Assembly: GCA_964016885.1 (NCBI GenBank) | Contig: OZ024741.1 | Span: 7,750,001 to 7,814,000 of the forward strand | Direction: 5' to 3' | DNA: 64,000 nucleotides | Source: Eledone cirrhosa | Taxonomy: Eukaryota | Shown: piece by piece, positions 26,451 through 37,506 of the stretch | How the letters are laid out: every line of letters starts with the position of its first letter | How positions within the stretch are numbered: the first letter of the stretch is position 1 | Made by a program: the position numbers and the translations under genes | Notes under the pieces: model-generated | Databases searched by the model: none | What the model was told of the DNA's origin: nothing | Seen by the model: only the letters and a program-made list of their open reading frames with translations

Positions 26451-26657
26451 TTAAGTCGTTTGGAAGCCTCGACAATGCAAATGGGTAAATCTCCGGGTAA
26501 CAAGGTCCGGTGGTGGAGAGAGAGATGTAAGTGGGTGTACGTTGAGATGCGTGGTGTGTATAAGATGTGTGAGATGTGTAGAATGAAGGGAAGAGTATAA
26601 AGGATAAAAATAAAAATAACAACACAAGAGAGAGTTACCTTGGGAGAGATATAATAG

Positions 26658-26694
26658 TCCCTATATATTTCGGATTCACATCCATCAACTGGGG
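26658..26694 (-). ncRNA. Hammerhead-like motif with variant core CAGUUGA
   Basis: Reverse complement: CCC-CAGUUGA-U-GGAU-GUGA-AUCC-GAAA-UAUA-UA-GGG, in the pLTR downstream of the GIY-YIG ORF. Confidence 0.55.
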
Positions 26695-27088
26695 TTTTTT
26701 CCGGGTGGGGGAAAAGGTTGTCTGTCGGACAAGTCCGGAACGCGTCTTTCGCTGTTTGTTGTTTTGAATATCTGAGGTATTCGGCAGAGCGCGCGTGCGC
26801 GTGAAATGGGGTCGGTCGTACAGAGGTCAGCGGCCGAATGAAGGAGTGGGATGGCGCTAGCTGTCAGTCCATTCTCTGCCTGTTTGTTAAATGTTACTGT
26901 GTGTGTGTGTGCGTGTGTTGTTGTCTCGCTTGAGTGTGTGTGTGTGTGTGTTGCCTTGTTCATCTGTATTGGCAGTGTAGTATGTTCGTATGATGGAATG
27001 CTACTGTGTGTGCGTGTGTGTGTGTAGTTGTCTCGTTTGCGTGTGTGTGTGTGTGCGTGTGTTGTGTGTTGTTGCATCGCTTGTTAAC

Positions 27089-27874
27089 TTAAACCAGCCA
27101 TCTCATTTCGCTTCTCTCTGATCGGTTGTTTATTTGCGGTTGCAGTCGTTTGATAAAAAGCGCTTCCTTGATACGTAACGTGCCGACGTTTCTTTCAGTC
27201 GCTAGAATTGTGACAATGGGCCTTCCGTCTTTGTTTCCGCATTTGTCTCTGTGTTTCCGGAAAGACGAGGCCCTGGTTTTAGTGTGTTCCTTGATCCGGA
27301 TGTGCAAAGGTCGAATTGTGCTACCTATGTAGTATTGGTTGCACCTGTCACATTCTATCTCATACACGACGTATGTGCGTAGGCAACAGTTCGCATGGCG
27401 TATCGGGCAGTCTCTGAGGGAGCATGCGTCAGTAGATTTTTCGGGTTCCTGGAGAGGCATCATCGCAGGGAGGGGCCCGAGTGGGCCAGGTGGATGTCGA
27501 GGCCCTCCCTCCGTATAGCCTTGCGGATAGCGTTGATGGTTTACTCGCCCAGGTGTGGAATTTTAAGGAAGCACTTGCCTTGGGTGCTTCTCTGTCTCTT
27601 GCGTCTGGTGTCTCCTATTCTGTCTGTGATCGAGGTAGTGTACCCGTTCGTCTCCAGCACCTCGAGGAATCGCTTGGTATGAGTGACACCACTCGCGGGA
27701 TCGCTGCATCTGTTTTTGATTCGCGCGATCTCGTTCGTGATGTATCCACTTTTGGCACTGTTAGGGAGGGCGGACTTGTAGTGAACGAATAGGTCCCTGC
27801 AGGCTGCCTTTCTGTAGAAGTTGCAGTGGATCCCTCCTTGTTCCGTGATGTTGATTCGGAAGTCGAGGAGGGCA
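27089..27874 (-). pseudogene. Disrupted PLE RT-thumb/GIY-YIG coding remnant
   Basis: In-frame TAA (~27541) and TGA (~27460) plus a frameshift before the GIY-YIG domain. Confidence 0.85.
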
Positions 27875-28219
27875 TATATATATTATTCAAAATATTAACA
27901 AATGAAAAATATTCTCATAATCAAAATATATACTTTATTATATATATTTATATATTTTGAATAATATTAAAAACTCCAGCAAAACCTTTCAGTTGAGTGC
28001 TTCTAATCTATTGTAAAATTGTATTTATTGAGTAATCAACGAACCATACTAATCTTTGGTTATATATATATACATAGTTCTAGTTGTTTCTCAACTTGAG
28101 ATGTGGAACAAAAATTTTGTTATATCATTTATACATATATATATATGTGTGTGTGTGTGTCTGTGTGTGTGGGAGGGGGGGGCATGTATATGTATAATTA
28201 TAGATATATATTAAGCAAA

Positions 28220-28435
28220 GAAATCTGTTGAGCCTTTGATTCTTGAGTCTGGCCCGATCGATAGGGATCAAACCTTGAGCAGATCAATCGCGATACATTA
28301 GCTTAATGATACCTCGTCCATACTTATTATTAATATTACACTCTGATTAGTACAACAAAGTTCTTACAGGAAACTACGTATCGAGTGTTCACTTTGGTGT
28401 AACAACAGTAACTTGACGTTACAATCTCTAAACTA
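28220..28435 (+). mobile_element. pLTR fragment with variant long-stem-II HHR (core CUGUUGA...GAUA, 28220-28310)
   Basis: Aligns with 18903-19140 and 19707-19798 (GAU..GAGUC.GG..GAUC..GAUC..CUUGAGC.GAUC; tail ATATTACACTCTG..ATCGAGTG..GTTACA). Confidence 0.6.
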
Positions 28436-28683
28436 TATATATATATATATATATAGTTTAGAGATTGTATATTTCTAATGTATATTTCTAATGACTTGAT
28501 TTTTTATTTCATTGTTTTAACTTATATATATATATATATATCAAGATAAGCAGAACAAGTAAAAATTCAATCAATTTTTCAAAATAAATCAAAATTAATA
28601 TACAATCAAAATTAATCAAAATTAAAAAATATAATATAAATATTTACCTATTCAAATGGCCCTAACTGTACAGTTTCACGGTG

Positions 28684-28740
<57 letters not shown>

Positions 28741-28741
<1 letters not shown>

Positions 28742-30234
28742 TTGAAACACCCACGTCCCGTAGGGCCTACATAGGGTTAACCGCCAATAGATTCAAGCAG
28801 CGTCTTTACATGCATACCCATTCTTTTCGTTACCCTTTAAGAAGGAATATGACGTCACTTTCAGCTTATATCTGGAGTCTAAAAGACAACCATACCCAAT
28901 ATAAGTTACACTGGGAGATCCTAGCTAGGGCTAGATCGTATAACGGAAATAAAAGACCATGTGACCTCTGCGCTGCTGAGGCCCTGGAAATACTCTACGC
29001 CAAAGACCACATCTTAAAGAAAAAATCTGAGGCAATTTCGGCTTGTAAACATAAATTGCACAAAACTTTCCTGTATTACAGCCCCACATTATACCCTACC
29101 GGATCGTACGAACTATACGCGGATATTTTACGTCTTGATGTGGTAGCTAAGTATATGTTATGTTTATACCATTACTTATTTGTATAGGTAAGTATATATT
29201 ACCTGTATGTTTTATGAAGGTACGTATACTTCCTCGTACGTATATTTGATTGTATGTGTTATGGCGTATATATTATATATTCTGGTACATATGCTTTTGG
29301 TTATGTGTATACGTGAGTTTTGCGTCTGTGTGAGTATGTGGGTTCGTACGTATGTAGGGTGTGTGTATATGTGTACTTAGTGTTTTGGTTGACGTACGTC
29401 TCCGAACATATGTATATTTACATGTAGGTATGTGTGTGCGCTTGTTTTATACGTATTTATTTATTTATATACGTTTATTTAATTATTGTATGCACGCACA
29501 CACACACACACACATATATATATATTAATATATATATTTTTATATATATTTTTGTGTGTATTTGGTGTATACATTCATATGCGTGCGGGTACAGGCGCTG
29601 CGTGAGTTCCGTATGTGTGTGTGGGGTTTTTTTTGTGTGTACGTGCGTGTATTTGTATACCTATGGCAAGTGTTTTCGCGTATGCTTGTGTTTGTACGTT
29701 ATGGAAGCGTGTATGTATTTACTTCAATTACCTCTGTATTTTATTTACTTTATTCTTAACTCTGAAGCCGAGAATCATTCGGTTTCCTAGTTAGAATTTT
29801 AGTCTACGACTTCAGTTATACTATTTACGTGGTTTTGCCTTTGCGTGTAATTGTTTTTTTCCGCTCCAAATAATGACGTATTATCTTCGTTTTTTTCCCA
29901 TTCTTTGCCAGGGAACGTTTCCACGAACCAAAGTATCGTCTTCCTGTCTTCCTCCGGTTGCAACGTTTTTTGAAATATTCACTTCTGCGCTCATAGATTG
30001 ACTTTGTTAGTTTCAGAAGATCCCGTTAAGGGTGAAAGCAGCAACTTAAACTTTAATCTGTTATTTTAATAAACACTCATCTTTTTCCATTTCTCCGAGG
30101 GTTATAAACCCCACTATCAGGCTAGAAATTTCTTTAGTCTAAAATACGGTGAAAGCTTATAATTTCAAATTTCTAATTTCAAACTCGCGCACCGTTTCAA
30201 AATCATACTTACTTGTTTACATTTATATTTTGCT

Positions 30235-30236
<2 letters not shown>
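28741..30236 (+). mobile_element. 5'-truncated PLE (GIY-YIG with CxxC C-terminal extension) plus long pLTR
   Basis: Frame from 28741: VETPTSRRAYIGLTANRFKQRLYMHTHSF...TSLSAYIWSLK...WEILARARSY...CDLCAAE...SEAISACKH; (TA)n at both ends; pLTR related to 35400-35892. Confidence 0.88.
30009..30052 (+). ncRNA. HHR motif with core CAGAAGA (stem III partly deleted)
   Basis: AGUUU-CAGAAGA-UCCC-GUUAA-GGGU-GAAA-GCAGCAAC-UU-AAACU. Confidence 0.6.
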
Positions 30237-30304
<68 letters not shown>

Positions 30305-30309
<5 letters not shown>

Positions 30310-31108
30310 AGATAAGCAGAACAAGCAAAATTCAAACAATTCTTTAAAATAAATTAAAAAATATAATTTAAATATTTACCTATTCCAATTGCTTTTACCG
30401 ATCGGTTTCACTTCAGAAAAGATTGAAGATCCATGGGGACTTCCAATGGAAAAGTTTAGTTCATCAGAAAGCATTTTCCTTTCTTAGAACTAAAAATCCC
30501 AGGAACGGCAAAATATATTGCCATCTGCCAGCTAGCACAGGATCGAATGGGGCCGAAAATTTGACCTGTACATGAACCAGTCCGTAGTAGAAGTGGAAGT
30601 AAACATAGGCGTGTTGTCTACCTCACCACTAAAAATAGCAGCTAAATAGAACAACAGATTTGTTCTCTACATAACGGAGAATATTAAAAGAAGTTAATAT
30701 GCCCACAGGTACTAAGTACCCCTGGAAATATATAGGGTGTCTATGATACAATGGTTGTTCTATGGTATTAATTTGATATACCAGAACTATAATATTGAGA
30801 TAAGCAGAACAAGCAAAATTCAAACAATTCTTTAAAATAAATAAAAAAATATAATTTAAATATTTACCTATTCCAATTGCTTTTACCGATCGGTTTCACT
30901 TCACAAAAGATTGGTAAAAGCAATTGGAATAGGTAAATATTTAAATTATATTTTTTAATTTATTTTAAAGAATTGTTTGAATTTTGCTTGTTCTGCTTAT
31001 CTCAATATTATAGTTCTGGTATGTCAAATTAATACCATAGAACAACCATTGTATCATAGACACCCTATATATTTCCAGGGGTACTTAGTACCTGTGGGCA
31101 TATTAACT

Positions 31109-31115
<7 letters not shown>
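30305..31115 (-). mobile_element. Non-coding PLE insertion: partial tandem pLTR plus inverted truncated copy
   Basis: Direct repeat 30307-30424 / 30794-30913; inverted repeat 30685-30890 / 30909-31115; (TA)n on both sides; diverged relative at 28540-28685. Confidence 0.85.
30391..30472 (-). ncRNA. Canonical type-I hammerhead ribozyme with palindromic stem/loop III
   Basis: Reverse complement: GCUUU-CUGAUGA-ACU...AGU-GAAA-CCGAUCGG-UA-AAAGC. Confidence 0.88.
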
Positions 31116-31161
<46 letters not shown>

Positions 31162-31203
31162 TAAATTAGCGAGAATCGTATTTCGGCTTTGGAAATTAGC
31201 GAA

Positions 31204-31312
<109 letters not shown>

Positions 31313-32083
31313 TGTATGTGTATATATATGTTGGTATGTATACATGTGAATGTACAAGTATATAGTTAAGTTTGTATATTGTGTCTGTCAATTAAGATAA
31401 GGCGTTATGTGTTTTCCTAAGTCTGCTGCTTTTCCCCTGCGTTGACACAACACACGATAATAATACAAGCTTTTAGATGGCAACACACGATACATTTGTA
31501 AAGATACATAATTTCACCACGGCTTTTCAACAGAACGTTTATGCTGGAACGTATGTATGTGTTTGTATATATGTATGTATATATGTATATATGTGTTTGT
31601 ATATATGTATGTATGTGTTTGTATATATGTATGTATATATATATGTGTTTGTATATATGTGTGTATGTGTTTGTATATATGTATGTATGTGACTGTATGT
31701 ATATATGTGTTTGTATATATGTATGTATGTGTTTGTATGTATATATGTGTTTGTACGTAGCTATGTATGCATATATGTATGCATGAATATATGTGTGTAT
31801 GCGTGCAAGTATGTATGTAAGTATTGCACGAATATATGTATGTAAACAAGCGTGTATGTATGTATTTATATATATATATATATATAATCAATTTGAAGAC
31901 CAAAATTCAAAGAGGGCTCGATAAGGATAAATATATATCAAATATATAAGAACCGTAGAGCAAATATTTATTATAAATACACACATAGATAGATGCATAG
32001 ATGCATACGTACATATATGCATAGATCCTATGTATGTATGTATGTATGTATGTATGTATGTATGTATGTATGTATGTATGTAT

Positions 32084-32495
32084 GGGAGAGATGACCCCTT
32101 AGCCTTTGTCAAGGCAGAATTCTAGGAGAAGGAAAACTCTGATATAACACCTGCAACCCTGATGGTATCCAATGATGTTGACTTGTTCTTCTTTTTGGTA
32201 AATATCATCTTGGTTAAGAGAGTGGGACTGGCTTTGTGCAGTGCCTTTGCTCACTATAAAAGCTTCACGGCACAGGCATTGCTTTATATCTGGAGATCTC
32301 TCTGCACTTGTCGTCACATGGTACCATGGGTCCAGCACTATGTGTCAATAATTGTCACAAGTGTAGTGTTTGTACCAGAGTTTTCAAGTCGCTGGCTGGA
32401 CTAAAAAGTCACACTCGTTCAGCGCATCGGTAGGGGTTCTCCTACATGGATATAAAGTAGTGGCCGTACTCGAAAACGAGTTGGCAGCCACCATG
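32084..32495 (+). mobile_element. RTE-derived non-autonomous element copy
   Basis: Near-identical to 24323-24725; embedded in (TATG)n. Confidence 0.8.
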
Positions 32496-32573
32496 TATGT
32501 ATGTATGTATGTATGTATGTATGTATGTATGTATGTATGTATGTATGTATGTATGTATGTATGTATGTATGTA

Positions 32574-33074
32574 TCTCTTTCTCTTAATTTCGAGTATATT
32601 TTTTTGACCGGCCACCTTCCTGGTGGCAAGGTTGTAAAAGAAAATAAATTGTCATCCCTTGAATCGCAAGAATATTTTGCAAATTTTGAAGGTGCCAGCT
32701 ATCGCAGCCATTTGTAGACTATGAATTAGGGAGCTGCGCTTTTTGTCCGCAAATCCAAGTTCAGTCATACTTTGGTCTAAGCGGGTTGGTATATAACCCG
32801 TAGCTCCAATAATGATGGGTATGAAGCTAAAGGTGTATCTTGGATACTGGATTTGTAAGCTCCTCATCAATGGTCCGTAGATGTCCTCCTTCTCCTGTAT
32901 TTTTCTGACAACGTTTACATCATGTGGGCAGCTGATCTCCACAACAGAACACGTTTTCAATGTGTGGTCCCAAACAACAATATCAGGCCGGTTGTGCTTT
33001 AATTTGGTGGCAGTTTTTATTTTCAGGTTCCACCAGTACTCCTTAGTGCCATCTGTCTCAATATATTCCTCCTC
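32574..33074 (-). mobile_element. 5'-truncated non-LTR retrotransposon with restriction-like endonuclease (R4/Dong-like)
   Basis: Minus-strand frame KEYWWNLKIKTATKLKHNRPDIVVWDHTLKTCSVVEISCPHD...EKEDIYGPL...IPIIIGATG (PD..E REL motif), stop at 32652, short 3' UTR; (TACA)n on both sides. Confidence 0.85.
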
Positions 33075-33156
33075 GTATGTATGTATGTATGTATGTATGT
33101 ATGTATGTATGTATGTATGTATGTATGTATGTATGTATGTATGTATGTATGTATGT

Positions 33157-33765
33157 CAGGTCACCAGTTGGTGCTACTGGTAACATGTATCCCAGTACAA
33201 CCTGTCTCATGGTCGGGTCGTTGGCGACTAAACTGGCAACGCCACCAAGGTTTCTTGGTGAGGAGGGTGACTTTGGACATCCTGCAGGACTAAAAACAAA
33301 ACCTGTCAAAGGGCAAGGGAGCTCTTAAGAGTCAATAGCCATCCAAAATCACCGGGAGAGATGACCCCTTAGCCTTTGTCAAGGCAGAATTCTAGGAGAA
33401 GGAAAACTCTGATATAACACCTGCAACCCTGATGGTATCCAATGATGTTGACTTGTTCTTCTTTTTGGTAAATATCATCTTGGTTAAGAGAGTGGGACTG
33501 GCTTTGTGCAGTGCCTTTGCTCACTATAAAAGCTTCACAGCACAGGCATTGCTTTATATCTGGAGATCTCTCTGCACTTGTCGTCACATGGTACCATGGG
33601 CCCTGCACTATGTGTCAATAATGGTCACAAGTGTAGTCTTTGTACCAGAGTTTTCAAGTCGCTGGCTGGACTAAAAAGTCACATTCGTTCAGCGCATCAG
33701 TAGGGGTTCTCCTACATGGATATAAGGTAGTGGCCGTACTCGAAAACGAGTTGGCAGCCACCATG
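33157..33765 (+). mobile_element. Longest copy of the RTE-derived non-autonomous element
   Basis: Extends ~200 bp further 5' than the other copies; (TATG)n at both ends. Confidence 0.8.
33159..33236 (+). ncRNA. Candidate HDV-like ribozyme at element 5' end
   Basis: P1 GGUCA/UGGUC, P2 CCAGU/ACUGG, CC/GG P1.1, P4 UCG-UUGG-CGA, J4/2 CUAA; P3 is not well formed in this copy. Confidence 0.4.
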
Positions 33766-33847
33766 TATGTATGTATGTATGTATGTATGTATGTATGTAT
33801 GTATGTATGTATGTATGTATGTATGTATGCATGTGTATGTATATGCG

Positions 33848-34195
33848 CGGGGATAGAGAAATAGTCGGGCTGGACACCCGATCGCGGGTTAAACCACTGG
33901 GAGTGAAGGACCCCTAGCCTTTGTCAGGGCATTCTTCTAGGAGAAGGCAACTCAGGAAACTGGGATAACTCCGATATAAAACCTGCGGCTCAGTAGTTAC
34001 CGATGATGTTGATCTTTTCTTCTATTCGGGTTACAGCTACTGTCGCTCAGAGAGTGGGATTGGCTCAGTGCACAGTCTTTCCTCAATTTAAAAATATCAT
34101 CACGCACAGGCATTGCACGATAGAATTAATTAATAATTATTAATAATGGTATATCGTGCAATGGCCATACTCGATAACGAGGGGGCAGCCATCAT
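33848..34195 (+). mobile_element. Diverged sister family of the RTE-derived element
   Basis: GACCCCTAGCCTTTGTCAGGGCA..CTAGGAGAAGG and 3' end GGCCATACTCGATAACGAGGGGGCAGCCATCATG(TATG)n. Confidence 0.7.
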
Positions 34196-34399
34196 GTATG
34201 TATGTATGTATGTATGTATGTATGTATGTATGTATGTATGTATGTATGTATGTACTTTCTTCGTGTTTTAAGTGTTAGAGGTATATTTTGCCCAGTCATC
34301 TGAGGAATAGAAACAATCTACGGTGGTGGTCACCATCTTTTCCGAATAACCCATGCAACCATTCACCTTTCACCTTTCAAGGTCATGTCGAATTATATG

Positions 34400-34558
34400 G
34401 TCCAGGCAAGGGCAGACATGTGTTTCCGGCTTCGCAGTCACGAGGTCTCGAGTTCATGTCCACATTGTGGCACATCGCTTCTTCTATTATAGCCACAGGT
34501 TGACCAATGCCTTGTGTGTGGAATTTGGAAGACGGTGACTGTAGAAGCCTGTCATATA
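34400..34558 (+). mobile_element. Degraded tRNA-derived SINE
   Basis: B-box-like GAGTTCATGTCC followed by CTTCTATTATAGCC..GACCAATGCCTTGTG..GACGGTGACTGTAGAAGCC. Confidence 0.55.
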
Positions 34559-34577
34559 GGAGGGACAATTGAAAGAT

Positions 34578-34771
34578 TCATGGACTGAAAAGTTCATAGG
34601 TTGGCTAAGATACTCTCATGGAATGACCAAATGTTTTATTTTTCAACATAGTCCCTGGAAAGAAACAATACAGTTATTAATAAGATGTGTTGAAATTAAT
34701 GCAGGCAAGATTTCACAGCTCTAGATGACTACTTCATAGTCAGCTTATGAACTTTTCAGCCCACCCTCGTG
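34578..34771. mobile_element. Mariner-type MITE (fragment also at 21797-21846)
   Basis: TIR GGACTGAAAAGTTCATAGGTTG / CAGCTTATGAACTTTTCAGCCCACCCTCGT; terminal ACGAGGG is typical of mariner TIRs. Confidence 0.7.
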
Positions 34772-34777
34772 TGTGTG

Positions 34778-34874
<97 letters not shown>

Positions 34875-34890
34875 TAAAATAGCAGATTAA

Positions 34891-34941
34891 AGTTTAAGCA
34901 AAGAATTGCTGCTTTCACCCTTAACGGGATCTTCTGAAACT
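34891..34941 (-). ncRNA. HHR with core CAGAAGA
   Basis: Reverse complement of the motif at 35826-35876. Confidence 0.7.
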
Positions 34942-35303
34942 AACAAAGTCAATCTGTAAACGCAGAAGTGAATATTTCAAAAACCGTTGCAATCGGAGGA
35001 AGACAGGAAGACGATATTTTGGTTCGTGGAAACGTTCGCTGGCAAAGAAGGGGAAAAAACGAATATAATACGTCATTAATAGGAGCGGTGAAAAACAATT
35101 ACACGCAAAGACAGAACCACGTTTATGGTATAAAAGAGGTCGTAGACTAATGTTCTATTAGGTGGTGCATAGATATATATTTCTCCTTATCGAGCCCTCT
35201 TTGGATTTTAGTCTTCACATTTATTATTATTACTATATATATATATACTACCTTGATTAAATCTTAAACATTTAACATCTCAGGGTATGTCATGTATCAT
35301 TAT

Positions 35304-35348
35304 ATTTTGTCTGACGAGGACGTACATCCGAAATATGTATAATAAAAT
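35304..35348 (+). ncRNA. Minimal type-I hammerhead ribozyme (family A)
   Basis: AUUUUGU-CUGACGA-GGA-CGUACA-UCC-GAAA-UAUGUA-UA-AUAAAAU. Confidence 0.88.
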
Positions 35349-35825
35349 GTAATTGATCAAAAGAACGTCTAAAGAACCGTAGAGCAAATATTTATTTAAT
35401 TTCTATTACTTCTGTATTGTATTTATTTACTTTGTTCTTAACTCTGTAGCGGAGATTCATTCGGTCTCATAGTTAGAATTTTAGTCTACGACTTCTGCTA
35501 TACCATTTACGTGGTTTTGTCTTTGCGTGCTATTGTTCGCCACGCTCCACATATGACGTATTATCTTCGTTTTTTCGTTCATTGCCAGAGAACGTCTCTA
35601 TGCACCACCTAAGAGAACATTAGTCTACGACCTCTTTTATACCTAAACGTGGTTCTGTCTTTGCGCGTAATTGTTTTTCACCTCTCCTATTAATGACGTA
35701 TTATTCGTTTTTTCCCGTTCTTCGCCAGCGAACGTTTCCACGAACCAAAGTATCGTCTTCCTGTCTTCCCCCGGCTGCAACGTTTTTTGAAATATCCACT
35801 TCTGCGTTTACAGATTGACTTTGTT

Positions 35826-35876
35826 AGTTTCAGAAGATCCCGTTAAGGGTGAAAGCAGCAATTCTTTGCTTAAACT
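35826..35876 (+). ncRNA. HHR with core CAGAAGA
   Basis: AGUUU-CAGAAGA-UCCC-GUUAA-GGGU-GAAA-GCA-(9 nt)-UGC-UU-AAACU; all three stems can pair. Confidence 0.7.
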
Positions 35877-35884
35877 TTAATCTG

Positions 35885-35939
<55 letters not shown>

Positions 35940-36006
35940 CAAATGGAAACTATATTTATAAAACCATACTTATTAGCAAGACATACCCTTTTCAAAGACC
36001 CCCTGT

Positions 36007-36387
36007 ATGGATAAGAAATGTATAACCTGTAAAATAAGCCCCCATATTAACCGTAAAACTAGAAATGTAGTGTATAGCATAAGATGTACTGAAGGACGAT
36101 GTAGAGACAAAAATATAGTGTACATAGGTGAGACAGCTCGTAATGTAGGGGAACGGATAAATGAACACTGGCGAGACCTTCAAGATAGTAAAGAATCATC
36201 TGTACTCTACCAACATGCTAAAATAGAACATAAGGGTAAATTAGAGAACATAGAAATAAAAATAGAATCTACACACAGAAAAGACACAATGTTTAGACAA
36301 ATCACAGAGGCAATAAACATAAAAGAATTACAACCAAAATTAAATAGAAAATATGAGTGGAACAGCAACATCACAACTTACAATTAA
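36007..36387 (+). pseudogene. PLE GIY-YIG endonuclease domain (open but 5'-truncated)
   Basis: CITC..NVVYSIRCTEGRC..VYIGETARNVGERINEH..SVLYQH..RQITEAINIKELQPKLN. Confidence 0.9.
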
Positions 36388-36588
36388 GGACAAAATGAAA
36401 ACACACACGCACATAGATCAAACAACCAACCGGTAACATGTAAATAAACAAATAAATAAACGAATATAAACACACACAGACACCCGGATGTGGCGCATGC
36501 GTAGACTGAGCACACAACACACACACAGAAACAAAATGGCGTAGGATAGAACAAAGGAGAGGCACAAAAACAAAGAAAGGAATCCCCA

Positions 36589-36631
36589 GTCACTGAAGAT
36601 GTCACATAATGTGTGACAAAAGAACTTTGAC
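36589..36631 (+). ncRNA. HHR motif, G12 mutated in this copy
   Basis: GUCA-CUGAAGA-U-GUCACA..UGUGAC-AAAA-GAAC-UU-UGAC. Confidence 0.6.
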
Positions 36632-36978
36632 AATATATAAACAACTATCTGGTTGTGGAACCAACCAACCAACCAGAAATTTATAGATTTATAAATTCCT
36701 AAATTTATAAATTTATTATAATAAATTGAAGTGAAAGCAACTGGTGGGTGTGTTTCTTATTGGCAACATGACCCTCCCAAAGTATAACAATATCGGTTTC
36801 AACACACGATTTCAGATAAAGAATCTTGCTAAACAAATTCAGAAACGACATACTTATTTCATTATACATATTTCATTATACAATTATACATTATACAAAG
36901 CTCCCGGGAGCTTCCAACAGAAATGGTCGCATTCTTTAAGGGTATGTCAATATTTATTTATAAAACTGATCTATATTA

Positions 36979-37043
36979 TATTTTATCTGATGAAAGCACA
37001 CGATAGTTTAACTTGGTGTCCTTGAAATATGTATAATGAAATA
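36979..37043 (+). ncRNA. Minimal type-I hammerhead ribozyme (family A relative)
   Basis: UAUUUUAU-CUGAUGA-AAG..CUU-GAAA-UAUGUA-UA-AUGAAAUA. Confidence 0.82.
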
Positions 37044-37169
37044 AATATGGTTTTATAAATATAGTTTCCATTTGTTAATATATTGTATTTTTACTCCAAT
37101 AATTTGTTGACTGCTTTATATCAGTTGTAAAAATATTTGCTTGTTGTATCCCAACAATTTAAATAGAAC

Positions 37170-37219
<50 letters not shown>

Positions 37220-37437
37220 GATCGAGTATCGAAAAATCGGCGCACGAGTTCACGATAAACAAAATTCGAAATGAGCGGCAGAGGGCTCAATAATTCAGAT
37301 GAATCAGAGCTATAACTATCGTTAAAATACCGTCACATATAGAACAAGTCTACAATCAACCATACGATAAAAAATCGATAATAGAAGATTCGGGACAAAC
37401 AGATAAAAAATATCAATAAAACAATACATCAATAATT

Positions 37438-37472
<35 letters not shown>

Positions 37473-37506
37473 CGATTTATTTATTAAAATAAATATATAT
37501 ATTTCT

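Larger units (their letters stand above)
26448..27874 (-). mobile_element. 5'-truncated Penelope-like retroelement (RT C-terminus, GIY-YIG endonuclease, pLTR)
   Basis: Minus-strand frame ALLDFRINITEQGGIHCNFYRKAACRDLFVHYKSALP (PLE RT end/thumb), then VVYEIECDRCNQYYIGSTIRPLHIRIKEH...LRIKEALFIKRLQPQIN; both ends abut TA repeats. Confidence 0.9.
34872..35892. mobile_element. Composite fold-back PLE pLTR insertion
   Basis: ~300-bp inverted arms 34872-35173 / 35597-35892 of the 28741-family pLTR; the spacer holds pieces of other families; (TA)n on both sides. Confidence 0.85.
35990..36848 (+). mobile_element. 5'-truncated PLE with GIY-YIG domain and pLTR
   Basis: ORF 36007-36387 followed by a pLTR with HHR; second copy at 17438-18140. 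Confidence 0.9.
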
